Assembly (NCBI GenBank): GCA_015523565.1
Contig: WAKA01000054.1
Location: forward strand, 1 to 18,388
Reading direction: 5' to 3'
From: Candidatus Heimdallarchaeota archaeon
GTDB taxonomy: Archaea; Asgardarchaeota; Heimdallarchaeia; Heimdallarchaeales; Kariarchaeaceae
DNA: 18,388 nt
The notes under the pieces were generated by a model. That model did no database searches. It was not told where the DNA came from and saw only the letters and a program-made list of their open reading frames with translations. The position numbers and the translations under genes are program-made. This document shows, piece after piece, positions 7,828-15,668 of the stretch; positions within the stretch are counted from its first letter, which is position 1; the number at the start of each line of letters is the position of its first letter.

Positions 7828-8919
7828 ATGTCTGACGACGTGGCAAATCAATTATGGACAGAGGTGGCTACAAAATCCTTTGTAATGGAAATAATAGAGG
7901 AAATTGCCCATATTTTCATTGGAAAGGATACTGAAGGAGGCAAAACTCGCTATATATCTGTCCAAGACGTTGTATTTGAGGGAAAACAAATTAATGATGT
8001 GCTCCATATTGAGGCATCGGCAAAACTTCTTTCCGATCAAGGAAGCTGGAATCAACCAATGATCTTGCGTATCCACAAGAATTTGTCCAGGTTCAATTCA
8101 GAAAGAAGACTTTATGACGTGCTTGTTGACAGAACCTCTAAATTCGAGGATATCCACCCCACAAAATTGATTTACCTAAATCCACAACAACTCTTGATGG
8201 TTTATGAATCCATCGCAAGCGATTTACTGCTTAACCTTGACCCATTACTTATTGACTTCTCACTAGGCAGGATTGCAAGCGTCATGCATGGAAAGGATGT
8301 CAACAATTACAGGGTCGAGAACCTAATCAATAATATTATCTATATTTTGGAATACCTTCCCTTCCCAGAAGATATTTCAAAATCACTTAAAGAATTGCTT
8401 ACTCAAAAAGCTGAAAAAGTCCCTTTCACTCAAAGCGCATTTCTCCCTTGTACTGCTTTCACTCCTTCACTGCTTAAAATCAAATATAGAACCTCCAACC
8501 CAAGTTCAATAGACCTATTCACTGTTGCAAAAGGAAAGGGATTTGACACTTATATCCCAATGGGGGTTGTCGACGAGGACTTTCATGACAGATTCGAGGA
8601 CATTGCAAACTTCTACGCCATTGACGCTTTCGAGGAATACATAAGAACAGGAAAAATAGAAGAAACAAAAGAAAGGATTGAACGTTTCCTAACCGGATAT
8701 AACATGATTTCTCAAAACTCCTTCCATCTTGAATTGGAAAAGTTCTACCCTGTCGGATACATTCTTGACTTACAACTTATCCTTTCCATTTGGCTTCAAG
8801 AAGTATCCTCAATAAACATTTCCAACCCTGATTATGAACGGATCAATCAACTTGGCATGTTCTCGATCCATTTATTGTCTGAAGGTGTCTTGGATGAATT
8901 CCAGATCGAAACATTTTAA
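7828..8919 (+). CDS. APH/choline-kinase-like fold protein, probably catalytically degenerate
   Basis: PMILRIH...FNSERRLY...HPTKLIY...LLMVYESI...LGRIASVMHG and DRFEDIANF follow the APH-family layout. HGDxxxxN and DFE/DWE motifs are not found. TTATAT at 7798-7803. Confidence 0.5.
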   Translation: MSDDVANQLWTEVATKSFVMEIIEEIAHIFIGKDTEGGKTRYISVQDVVFEGKQINDVLHIEASAKLLSDQGSWNQPMILRIHKNLSRFNSERRLYDVLVDRTSKFEDIHPTKLIYLNPQQLLMVYESIASDLLLNLDPLLIDFSLGRIASVMHGKDVNNYRVENLINNIIYILEYLPFPEDISKSLKELLTQKAEKVPFTQSAFLPCTAFTPSLLKIKYRTSNPSSIDLFTVAKGKGFDTYIPMGVVDEDFHDRFEDIANFYAIDAFEEYIRTGKIEETKERIERFLTGYNMISQNSFHLELEKFYPVGYILDLQLILSIWLQEVSSINISNPDYERINQLGMFSIHLLSEGVLDEFQIETF

Positions 8920-8943
8920 CTTTTGAACTGTAAAATGCAATCC

Positions 8944-9372
8944 CTATCGTGTACTCCAATATGTCCCCCCATTCTTTTTCCATTTTAAATAATCTTCCAA
9001 TATCTTTCCATGATCAAATGCAAATTCTGATGTATCATCAAGATCAACCCATTCAAAATCACTTGCATCATCCCCCGCTTGTGGATTTTCTTCCGTATCT
9101 GCAATAAAAACAATGGAAACTATATGTTTACGGGGGTCTCTTTCAGGATCCGAATACACACCCAATATTTCCCTTAACCCAATATCGACATTCAATTCCT
9201 CTTTTGCCTCTCGAATTGCCGCATGTTCCACTGTCTCCCCATAATCAACAAATCCCCCTGGCAACGCCAAATAATTATGAAAGGTTTTTCCTTTCCTTCG
9301 TATCATTAGGATTTTCCCTTCACGTTCGATGATTATGTCCACCGTTAGTGATGGAACCTTATACTCTGTCAT
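8944..9372 (-). CDS. NUDIX hydrolase, ADP-ribose pyrophosphatase-like
   Basis: Full Nudix box GGFVDYGETVEHAAIREAKEELNV plus VYSDPERDPRKH, AGDDA and AFDH. ATG at 9372 is preferred over the track start 9384 because TTTATA lies 26-31 nt upstream. Confidence 0.92.
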   Translation of the reverse strand: MTEYKVPSLTVDIIIEREGKILMIRRKGKTFHNYLALPGGFVDYGETVEHAAIREAKEELNVDIGLREILGVYSDPERDPRKHIVSIVFIADTEENPQAGDDASDFEWVDLDDTSEFAFDHGKILEDYLKWKKNGGTYWSTR

Positions 9373-9496
9373 AGTATTCCACACATCTCCAAATTCCTAT
9401 AAAAATTTTACATAAACCATTGTGCCAATCAGCTTTGCTAATAAAAACCGTTGATACACCCTTTTTTTCTTTTTCAAAATCATTTGCATATCAAAA

Positions 9497-10321
9497 TCAT
9501 AAAAATTCCATCAATCCATTGATGAAAAGAGATATTGCTACCACAAACAAAACAAAAACAATCAAACGTGAAAGCTGTGCTGAATTCATACGAGGTTTCA
9601 TTGAATTGCCAATGATCGATCCAATTCCCAATCCAGTAATAAGAACTCCCGTCAATACTGGGTCAAAATTACCCGCCAGAAGGTGTGTAATTCCACCTGC
9701 CAATGCTGTGAAAAGTATCATGAATATCGCTGTTCCCGTAGCAATAACTGGTGGAACAGAAAAGGCAATGACAAGAAGAGGCGTCTTTAACCATCCCCCA
9801 CCAACACCCAACATACCAGAAAGCAAACCGATGATAAAACCACCACCAATAAGGGATGTCAATGAAATCCGATATGTAGCCCCTTTTTTATGCAAAATCA
9901 TGAATGGGGGTATTTCTCCAATCTTTTGCCAAAATTTACTTTTGTAGTGATCATCACTGTTTCCCTTATTCTTTTTTCTCATCTCGTTTGCTAAGACTAT
10001 TGCAATCACTGAAAAGAGAATTTTCAGGAATCCCTCATTTAAGCTGACTGTAAGTCTAGCTCCTGTTACTGCACCAATTGCCGTGGGTACCTCAAACATT
10101 ATCGCCAACTTAAAATCTATTTCACCACGTCGAAATGCACCAATAGATCCGACCAGCGCAGGAACAGTAATGCTAATCAATACAGATCCAACAATGAGTG
10201 GAAAAGGAAACCCCCCCATCAAGGCCAAAATTGGAACCATCAGAACTCCTCCCCCTAATCCCGCCGTTACGCTCAAAGAAGCAACAACTATTGCCAATAA
10301 AAAAACGAGCAAATATTCCAT
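9497..10321 (-). CDS. TSUP family (TauE/SafE sulfite exporter-like) membrane protein, second paralog
   Basis: GLGGGVLMVP and SGMLGVGGGWLKTP motifs, ATGTAIF, about 8 TM segments. Confidence 0.9.
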   Translation of the reverse strand: MEYLLVFLLAIVVASLSVTAGLGGGVLMVPILALMGGFPFPLIVGSVLISITVPALVGSIGAFRRGEIDFKLAIMFEVPTAIGAVTGARLTVSLNEGFLKILFSVIAIVLANEMRKKNKGNSDDHYKSKFWQKIGEIPPFMILHKKGATYRISLTSLIGGGFIIGLLSGMLGVGGGWLKTPLLVIAFSVPPVIATGTAIFMILFTALAGGITHLLAGNFDPVLTGVLITGLGIGSIIGNSMKPRMNSAQLSRLIVFVLFVVAISLFINGLMEFL

Positions 10322-10355
10322 TAATTACCAGTCATTTCCATTCATAAAAAGAATA

Positions 10356-10373
10356 CCGCTATTCCCCATTAGG
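10356..10373. repeat. 18-bp intergenic motif, copy 2
   Basis: ccgctattccccattagg is 16/18 identical to 874-891. Confidence 0.45.
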
Positions 10374-10518
10374 GTAATCCCTTTTTACATTTCAATTTTT
10401 CTTTGAGTTATTTTGTATTTAGATGTTTTATTGCAAATAATCACAGATACCTATTGAAACACTCAATTGAGATACTGAAAATAAAAAATATTATATTTTT
10501 GTGAATTTGATATTATCT

Positions 10519-11454
10519 ATGGCTTACGATGCTTCATTCAAGGATATGTTTGGATCATTGTTACGAGAAAAAAACTTCAAATGCAGAACGTCTGTTGAAG
10601 TGGGAAAGCTTCCTTTGCAAATTGACATAGTATTGGAAAGGAATCAAAATTCTGACTTCTCAATTATCAGACCATTGGAAACTGTAATGAAAAACATGAA
10701 CGCAAATCGATTGATAGTTGAGTTCAAAAGTATGAGAGATCAACTAAAATTAGAACATATTAGGAAGCTAATTGCATATAAACAATTATTCCTGATTTTA
10801 GAGGATCTTAATGACAATGCTGGTACTGCTATGCTGATTTTTTGCGTTTCTACCCCTAGAACCATTTTACAAAATATGGATGTGAAAGAAGAAAGAATGG
10901 GTCTCTACAAGCTAAAATTTGAACGAAATCTGATATACATTGTTGTTGCAAACGAAGTCCCAATAATGAAATCCACTTTGGGAATTGCCACTTTTGCAAG
11001 CTCTTTCACGCAATTGAGAAAACTTGTCCCATACATATCGAGACATCCCCATGCACAAAGATTTTTATCTTTCTCCATAGTAATGAATTATAAGAGAACC
11101 CTGAAAGTCATGAGGGAAGCAGGCATGAGCACATCATCAATCATCATGAGAAACATCAAGCTGGCAATAAATGATTTGGGGCTGGAAAATGTGATTAAGG
11201 AAATCGGGCTGGAGAATGTGATCGAGCAGGTCGGGCTGGAAAACGTGATTGAGCAGGTCGGGCTGGAGAACGTGATCAGGCAGGTCGGGCTGGAAAACGT
11301 GATTGAGCAGGTCGGGCTGGAGAACGTGATCAGGCAGGTCGGAAAAGAAAAAACATTCAAGATTTTGTTGGCTGACAGAGAGGAACTACAACAAATTATC
11401 CAGAAACTTTCTGATGAAGAACGAGACCTCCTTAGATATCTATTGGAAAAATAA
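10519..11454 (+). CDS. PD-(D/E)xK nuclease-fold protein, Rpn/YhgA-like architecture, with C-terminal 9-aa tandem repeats
   Basis: N-terminal YDASFKDMF (cf. 'hD..FK.l' in Rpn-like proteins), EVGKLPLQIDIV and LIVEFKS catalytic-type motifs, and six GLENVI(K/E/R)(E/Q)(I/V) repeats. ATG 10519 is preferred over GTG 10501 because TTATAT lies at 10491-10496. Confidence 0.65.
   Translation: MAYDASFKDMFGSLLREKNFKCRTSVEVGKLPLQIDIVLERNQNSDFSIIRPLETVMKNMNANRLIVEFKSMRDQLKLEHIRKLIAYKQLFLILEDLNDNAGTAMLIFCVSTPRTILQNMDVKEERMGLYKLKFERNLIYIVVANEVPIMKSTLGIATFASSFTQLRKLVPYISRHPHAQRFLSFSIVMNYKRTLKVMREAGMSTSSIIMRNIKLAINDLGLENVIKEIGLENVIEQVGLENVIEQVGLENVIRQVGLENVIEQVGLENVIRQVGKEKTFKILLADREELQQIIQKLSDEERDLLRYLLEK
11179..11340 (+). 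repeat. Intragenic tandem repeat, 6 x 27 bp with higher-order 54-bp period
   Basis: Unit gggctgga(a/g)aa(t/c)gtgat(t/c)...gtc. Units 3+4 (11233-11286) are identical to units 5+6 (11287-11340). G+C is 15/27 and 17/27 in units 3 and 4, far above background. Confidence 0.97.
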
Positions 11455-11924
11455 AAATGATTTGATTTTTGAAAACATTCCATCTGCCAAACCGCACATT
11501 AGGCTTATAGCGTTTTCTACATCGTTTATCTGTTGAATAAGAAATTCAAAAATCCATAACTTTCAAACAAAATGTAACTATTGCTATGAATTTGACAAGA
11601 TTGTTTGTCACTGATTTGTTGAACATGCGAGCAAATGCGACAAGGGGCGACAATACCAACTATACAATTTCATTTCAACGAATGATGTTTCATTTGCATG
11701 GGCATTGCAAACAGTGCCTGTTTCACATATTGTATCAACTAGTGTTTACATTTAGTCCGAGATAAACGCAAAAAAACACATGCAGCAAGTCCTTTCTCAG
11801 TTCGTGGATCTTGTAAATTCTGCAAGAATAACTGAAAAACACCAAGATATATGACCAATGCATCTCATGGAACGAATGCATTACTTGCTTCTCATTGAAT
11901 TGTTACCAAATATCATTAGATAAA

Positions 11925-12761
11925 TTATGCTACAGTTACTCCATAGGCCAAACCAATGAGATAGCTTACTCCACCGCCGATCATGCCAATGAACAGGTGT
12001 TCCAAGCCTTCTTTGATTGGATTGGTTTTTGTCATCAGTGTTTTCAATGCTCCAGTTGCAAACAAAGTCAAGGATGTCAATCCTGTTGCCCAATAGAGTC
12101 CAACGATTGCGTCCGTGACAAAGAAAAATGGAAGAACCGAAGGAAGGGACCCTGCAATGAAAAGGAATGCAACAGTTGCCATTGCCTTCCAAGGACTGCG
12201 TCGGGATATGTCTGCAACTCCAAGTTCCATTGTCATCATTACCTTCATCAATTTATCGTCATCCTCTGCAATCTTTTCCACTAATTCCTGCAATTGTTTG
12301 CCCCGTAATCCTAATTCCCCAAACATGTCAAATAGTTCGTTGATCTCGTGATTGCGGAAATACTTGAAATGAAGCTTCTCTTCCTCTATAATTGCGTCAA
12401 AAACCTGCTCTTGGCTTTTTGTGGAAATGAATTCTCCTGCCATCATTGAAATGGCCCCTGCTATTGCCCCCACAATCCCTGCAAGCAGGACATTTTTCAC
12501 GGGGCTGTTTGCTCCCGCGACACCTGCAACAAGCAAATAGATGGAAACGAGTCCATCATTCACTCCGAGGATTATGTCACGCATATAGTTTCGAATTTTG
12601 TCATCATGTTCCTTGAATTCGATTTCTTTCCCTTCCAAATCCTCTGGATATCTATAGATATCATATTTTGGGTCATAGATCCTTCCGTCTTCATTGACAA
12701 CATGCTCTATAGTGCTTTCCTCTTGAGTCACCTTGCTTTCTTGGGTTTCCATAGGTGTCAT
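11925..12761 (-). CDS. VIT1/CCC1 family Fe2+/Mn2+ transporter
   Basis: YMRDIILGVNDGLV, AGAISMMAGEFISTKSQ, an acidic cytoplasmic metal-binding loop (EEEK, HEINEL, MELG), SPWKA and GSLPSVLPFFF. The start could be 12752. Confidence 0.92.
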   Translation of the reverse strand: MTPMETQESKVTQEESTIEHVVNEDGRIYDPKYDIYRYPEDLEGKEIEFKEHDDKIRNYMRDIILGVNDGLVSIYLLVAGVAGANSPVKNVLLAGIVGAIAGAISMMAGEFISTKSQEQVFDAIIEEEKLHFKYFRNHEINELFDMFGELGLRGKQLQELVEKIAEDDDKLMKVMMTMELGVADISRRSPWKAMATVAFLFIAGSLPSVLPFFFVTDAIVGLYWATGLTSLTLFATGALKTLMTKTNPIKEGLEHLFIGMIGGGVSYLIGLAYGVTVA

Positions 12762-12839
12762 TTGTTTCTTATTATAAAAGACCTATTGGAACAGTCTATA
12801 TCTAAAAGTTATTTTCCCAAATAAAACATGATAATTATT

Positions 12840-13952
12840 GTGAATTTGCTTATTGATATTGGAGGTACTTATGTAAGGCTCGCAAAAGAATCAGAAGGCA
12901 AATTATATGACTTCAAAAAGGTGGAATACAAACATGGGTCAGCATTCCACTCGATTGTACTTGATTATATGGATGGGGAGGCAATAGACACCGTCTGCCT
13001 CTCTGTTGCAGGTCCCGTCAACTCAAATGTGGTAAAGCTTACAAATTCCGATACCACCATTGATCTTGATAAGCTGAAAGAAAATCTAGGTGCAAGAAAT
13101 GCCGTTGCAATGAATGACCTAGTCGCATTTGGATGGTATGCAAGCACATTAAGCAATTCAAAAACCATTGCCTGTATTGGAATGGGTACGGGATTTGGTC
13201 TCGCTTTTGTCTCCAACGCAGAAGTTCCAATAGTATACCCTAGTGAGTATGGTCATAGACTCGCCATTTATGACAGGAACTTTGCTTTGTTCAAATTCCT
13301 CGACATCATTGAAGAAAATCCAAGCGTAGAATTCTTTCTTTCTGGATCAGGCATTGCCAAACAATTCACATACAAAATATATTCCATTGCCAATCGAATA
13401 CAGAATTCAATGTCACAGGAAATGGTAATTGACAGCATTTTAAGAAACCTACTGGTCAATTCAACAGCATATACTGAATTGGTGATGAACCTTGCAGAAA
13501 TTATGGGATCTGAATGGCTGAAAGATACAGGAAAACGAGGTCTCGAACATAACGAAAAGATATTGGCAATGCAGGAGATACTCAACCACTTTATCTTCCT
13601 ATTGCAAAAAGATGGTGGGCTTGGAGCTCCCCTCATGCAGGTCACAAGCTCAGATGAATTGGCAGAAATATCCATGAAACTGGTGGATAACCTTGTAAAG
13701 AACTTGAAGGAAGAACTGGCAAATATCATGCTGTCATACTTGCCTGAAAAGATATATGTAACAGGAGGATTTGCCGCCAGATTTGATTGGGAAAAAATAA
13801 GACATTCCTATAATGAAAACCCCCCGTTAAGACATGATAAAATTGTCGGGCAATATGCCCCCATCAATATTGTCCACGTCAATGACAATTATGCATCAAT
13901 AAAAGGATTGCAACAATACCTCCGTTTTTTGGCAGATAATGCCAACCTATAA
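12840..13952 (+). CDS. glk: Glucokinase (Glk-type ASKHA sugar kinase) with a long internal insertion
   Basis: LLIDIGGTYVRLA, VAGPV, LTN, MNDLVA, GMGTGFG, PSEYGH, EFFLSGSG and IYVTGGF motifs. GTG 12840 is the likely start (track start 12828). Sugar specificity is not determinable. Confidence 0.75.
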   Translation: MNLLIDIGGTYVRLAKESEGKLYDFKKVEYKHGSAFHSIVLDYMDGEAIDTVCLSVAGPVNSNVVKLTNSDTTIDLDKLKENLGARNAVAMNDLVAFGWYASTLSNSKTIACIGMGTGFGLAFVSNAEVPIVYPSEYGHRLAIYDRNFALFKFLDIIEENPSVEFFLSGSGIAKQFTYKIYSIANRIQNSMSQEMVIDSILRNLLVNSTAYTELVMNLAEIMGSEWLKDTGKRGLEHNEKILAMQEILNHFIFLLQKDGGLGAPLMQVTSSDELAEISMKLVDNLVKNLKEELANIMLSYLPEKIYVTGGFAARFDWEKIRHSYNENPPLRHDKIVGQYAPINIVHVNDNYASIKGLQQYLRFLADNANL

Positions 13953-13989
13953 CAGAGAATGTTTTGAATGAGCTTGATTTTTCCCAATT

Positions 13990-14985
13990 ATGGAATTGGG
14001 ATTGACAGTCAGCGCAGATTACCTACCCGTGCATGAAATCCTGAAATTGGCACCATTGGCGGAAACCCTTGGATTTTCCCAGTTTGCAGTCCCTGAGATT
14101 TGGGGACATGATGCAGTTACCCTTCTGGCGAATCTTGCCACAAGAACCAAGAAAGCAATCCTTTCATCAGGCATCATGAATATGTACAGCAGAACGCCAG
14201 GAACCATGGCAATGACTGCCGCAAGTCTAGATGAATTGTCGCAAGGAAGATTTACATTAGGCTTGGGATTGAGTGGTCCAGCAGTGATTGAGAATTTCCA
14301 TGGCAAAAAATTCTCCAAACCGCTTGCCCATACAAGAGACTTTGTGTCAATGACAAAGCTCCTGCTTTCGGGAAAAAGAATGAACTACAATAGTGAAACC
14401 CTTGGCAATGTGAAAGGATTTAAACTATCCCTCAAACTAACTAGACCCAAAATCCCCATACATATTGCCGCATTGGGTCCAAAAAACGTCAAGCTTACTG
14501 CTGAAATCGCTGACGGATGGATACCTGTAATCATGCCATTGGACGCCTTCAAGCAGGAAGTGAAAAAGATACACCGACATTTGGAAGATTTCGGTAGGAA
14601 CATCAATGAATTCGAAATAACCCCATTTGTCCTTTCTTTGACAGGAACAGACGATCAAGTCGAATCACTTCTCAGAAAACACCTCGCATATTATTTCGGT
14701 GGAATGGGCACTTTTTACAACAATATGCTCAAACGGGTCGGCTTTGAAAATGAAGCAAGGGAAATCAAGCTAAGGTGGACAAATGGGGACAGAGAAGGTG
14801 CCGCAAAGGCAATTTCGGACGATTTGCTTCAACAGACCTGTGTATTCGGAAACAAACAGGAAGCTAAAACTAAATTGAAAAAAATTGTCGAGGCTGGTGC
14901 AACTAGACCATTGATCTCACTTCCGTTTGGAACACCCAAGGAATTGGCAATGCAGACCATTCAAACACTTGCACCCGCTACATGA
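13990..14985 (+). CDS. LLM-class flavin/F420-dependent oxidoreductase
   Basis: PEIWGHDA, GIMNMYSRTPGTMAMTAASLDELSQGRFTLGLGLSGP, IHIAALGPKNVKLTAEIADGW and YYFGGMG. F420 dependence is an inference from the subfamily pattern. Confidence 0.9.
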   Translation: MELGLTVSADYLPVHEILKLAPLAETLGFSQFAVPEIWGHDAVTLLANLATRTKKAILSSGIMNMYSRTPGTMAMTAASLDELSQGRFTLGLGLSGPAVIENFHGKKFSKPLAHTRDFVSMTKLLLSGKRMNYNSETLGNVKGFKLSLKLTRPKIPIHIAALGPKNVKLTAEIADGWIPVIMPLDAFKQEVKKIHRHLEDFGRNINEFEITPFVLSLTGTDDQVESLLRKHLAYYFGGMGTFYNNMLKRVGFENEAREIKLRWTNGDREGAAKAISDDLLQQTCVFGNKQEAKTKLKKIVEAGATRPLISLPFGTPKELAMQTIQTLAPAT

Positions 14986-15403
14986 GATTATACATCAAAA
15001 CTCCAAAATAATACATCGAATATAATGTTCCCAAAAAAAAGACAAATACAAAAATGGATATCAACCTCCTTGCATTTGTCCCAAAATTGCCATAATTATT
15101 CAGGAAATCCAAAAACGGTTTCACTTTCAAAACTCCCACGAATATTAAAATTGAGATAACCATAATCATCAGATATGCAATCATATCCATTGGCTCCACT
15201 TGCCCATTTGTGTTGAAGAATGGAAAAAATATCATTAATGGCCAAACCGTTATCAATGAAAAAACAATATAGCCAACCATCAACTGGAAAACAAGTCCCA
15301 TCTCCAGTTCAACCCGAAACGAAAACCAAATGCTAACCAATAATGAAACAATCACATAAAAAAGACCTGCATACAAAATTTCCATGAACCACATTAAAAC
15401 CAA
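14978..15403 (-). CDS. Hypothetical membrane protein (about 4 TM)
   Basis: Four hydrophobic segments. The true start may be ATG 15394. 8-bp convergent overlap with the LLM gene. Confidence 0.65.
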   Translation of the reverse strand: MVLMWFMEILYAGLFYVIVSLLVSIWFSFRVELEMGLVFQLMVGYIVFSLITVWPLMIFFPFFNTNGQVEPMDMIAYLMIMVISILIFVGVLKVKPFLDFLNNYGNFGTNARRLISIFVFVFFLGTLYSMYYFGVLMYNLM

Positions 15404-15606
15404 TAAAAAATTAACTTTTGTATACCAAACCTTTGTTTCCTCTCTAATCAGGGTTCTTGTCAGTCCTGAATTCCATCACTATTTCTGTTCCAAAGGAATT
15501 TTCAATCAATACAAAACCAAATACAAGCTACACGATCTTGCATTCACTTGTCTGCTTGACATTTAAATTCTATTTAACAATGATACACCACTTTAACCAG
15601 TTGACT

Positions 15607-15631
15607 AAAAGATATCCCCTCTGTATCTTTT
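15607..15631. terminator. Inverted repeat downstream of the coiled-coil gene (terminator- or operator-like)
   Basis: AAAAGATA-tcccctctg-TATCTTTT is a perfect 8-bp arm pair about 40 bp past the stop at 15669. Confidence 0.25.
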
Positions 15632-15668
15632 CTCAAAAATTTCAATCACTGCAAGCCTGAAGCAATTT

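Noticed and set aside
11179-11340. CRISPR array or DGR template/variable repeat
   Set aside because: Units are contiguous with no spacers, are in frame, and vary mainly at synonymous sites. No cas or reverse transcriptase gene is in the window.
11088-11483. Minus-strand ORF with ITFSSPTC repeats
   Set aside because: Antisense reading of the 27-bp repeat, with no independent coding evidence.
10322-11924. Insertion sequence / mobile element around the Rpn-like gene
   Set aside because: It looks like an insert between two minus-strand genes, but I found no terminal inverted repeats, target-site duplication or DDE/HUH/recombinase motifs.
11881-12351. Cys-rich ORFs 11895..12284, 11881..12192 and 12115..12351
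   Set aside because: They overlap the well-supported VIT1/CCC1 gene in other frames or on the other strand, with no metal-binding spacing pattern.
13268-13729. 153-aa minus-strand ORF and other short ORFs nested in glk, the LLM gene, the flippase and the LRR gene
   Set aside because: They lie fully inside confidently assigned genes, with no independent motifs.
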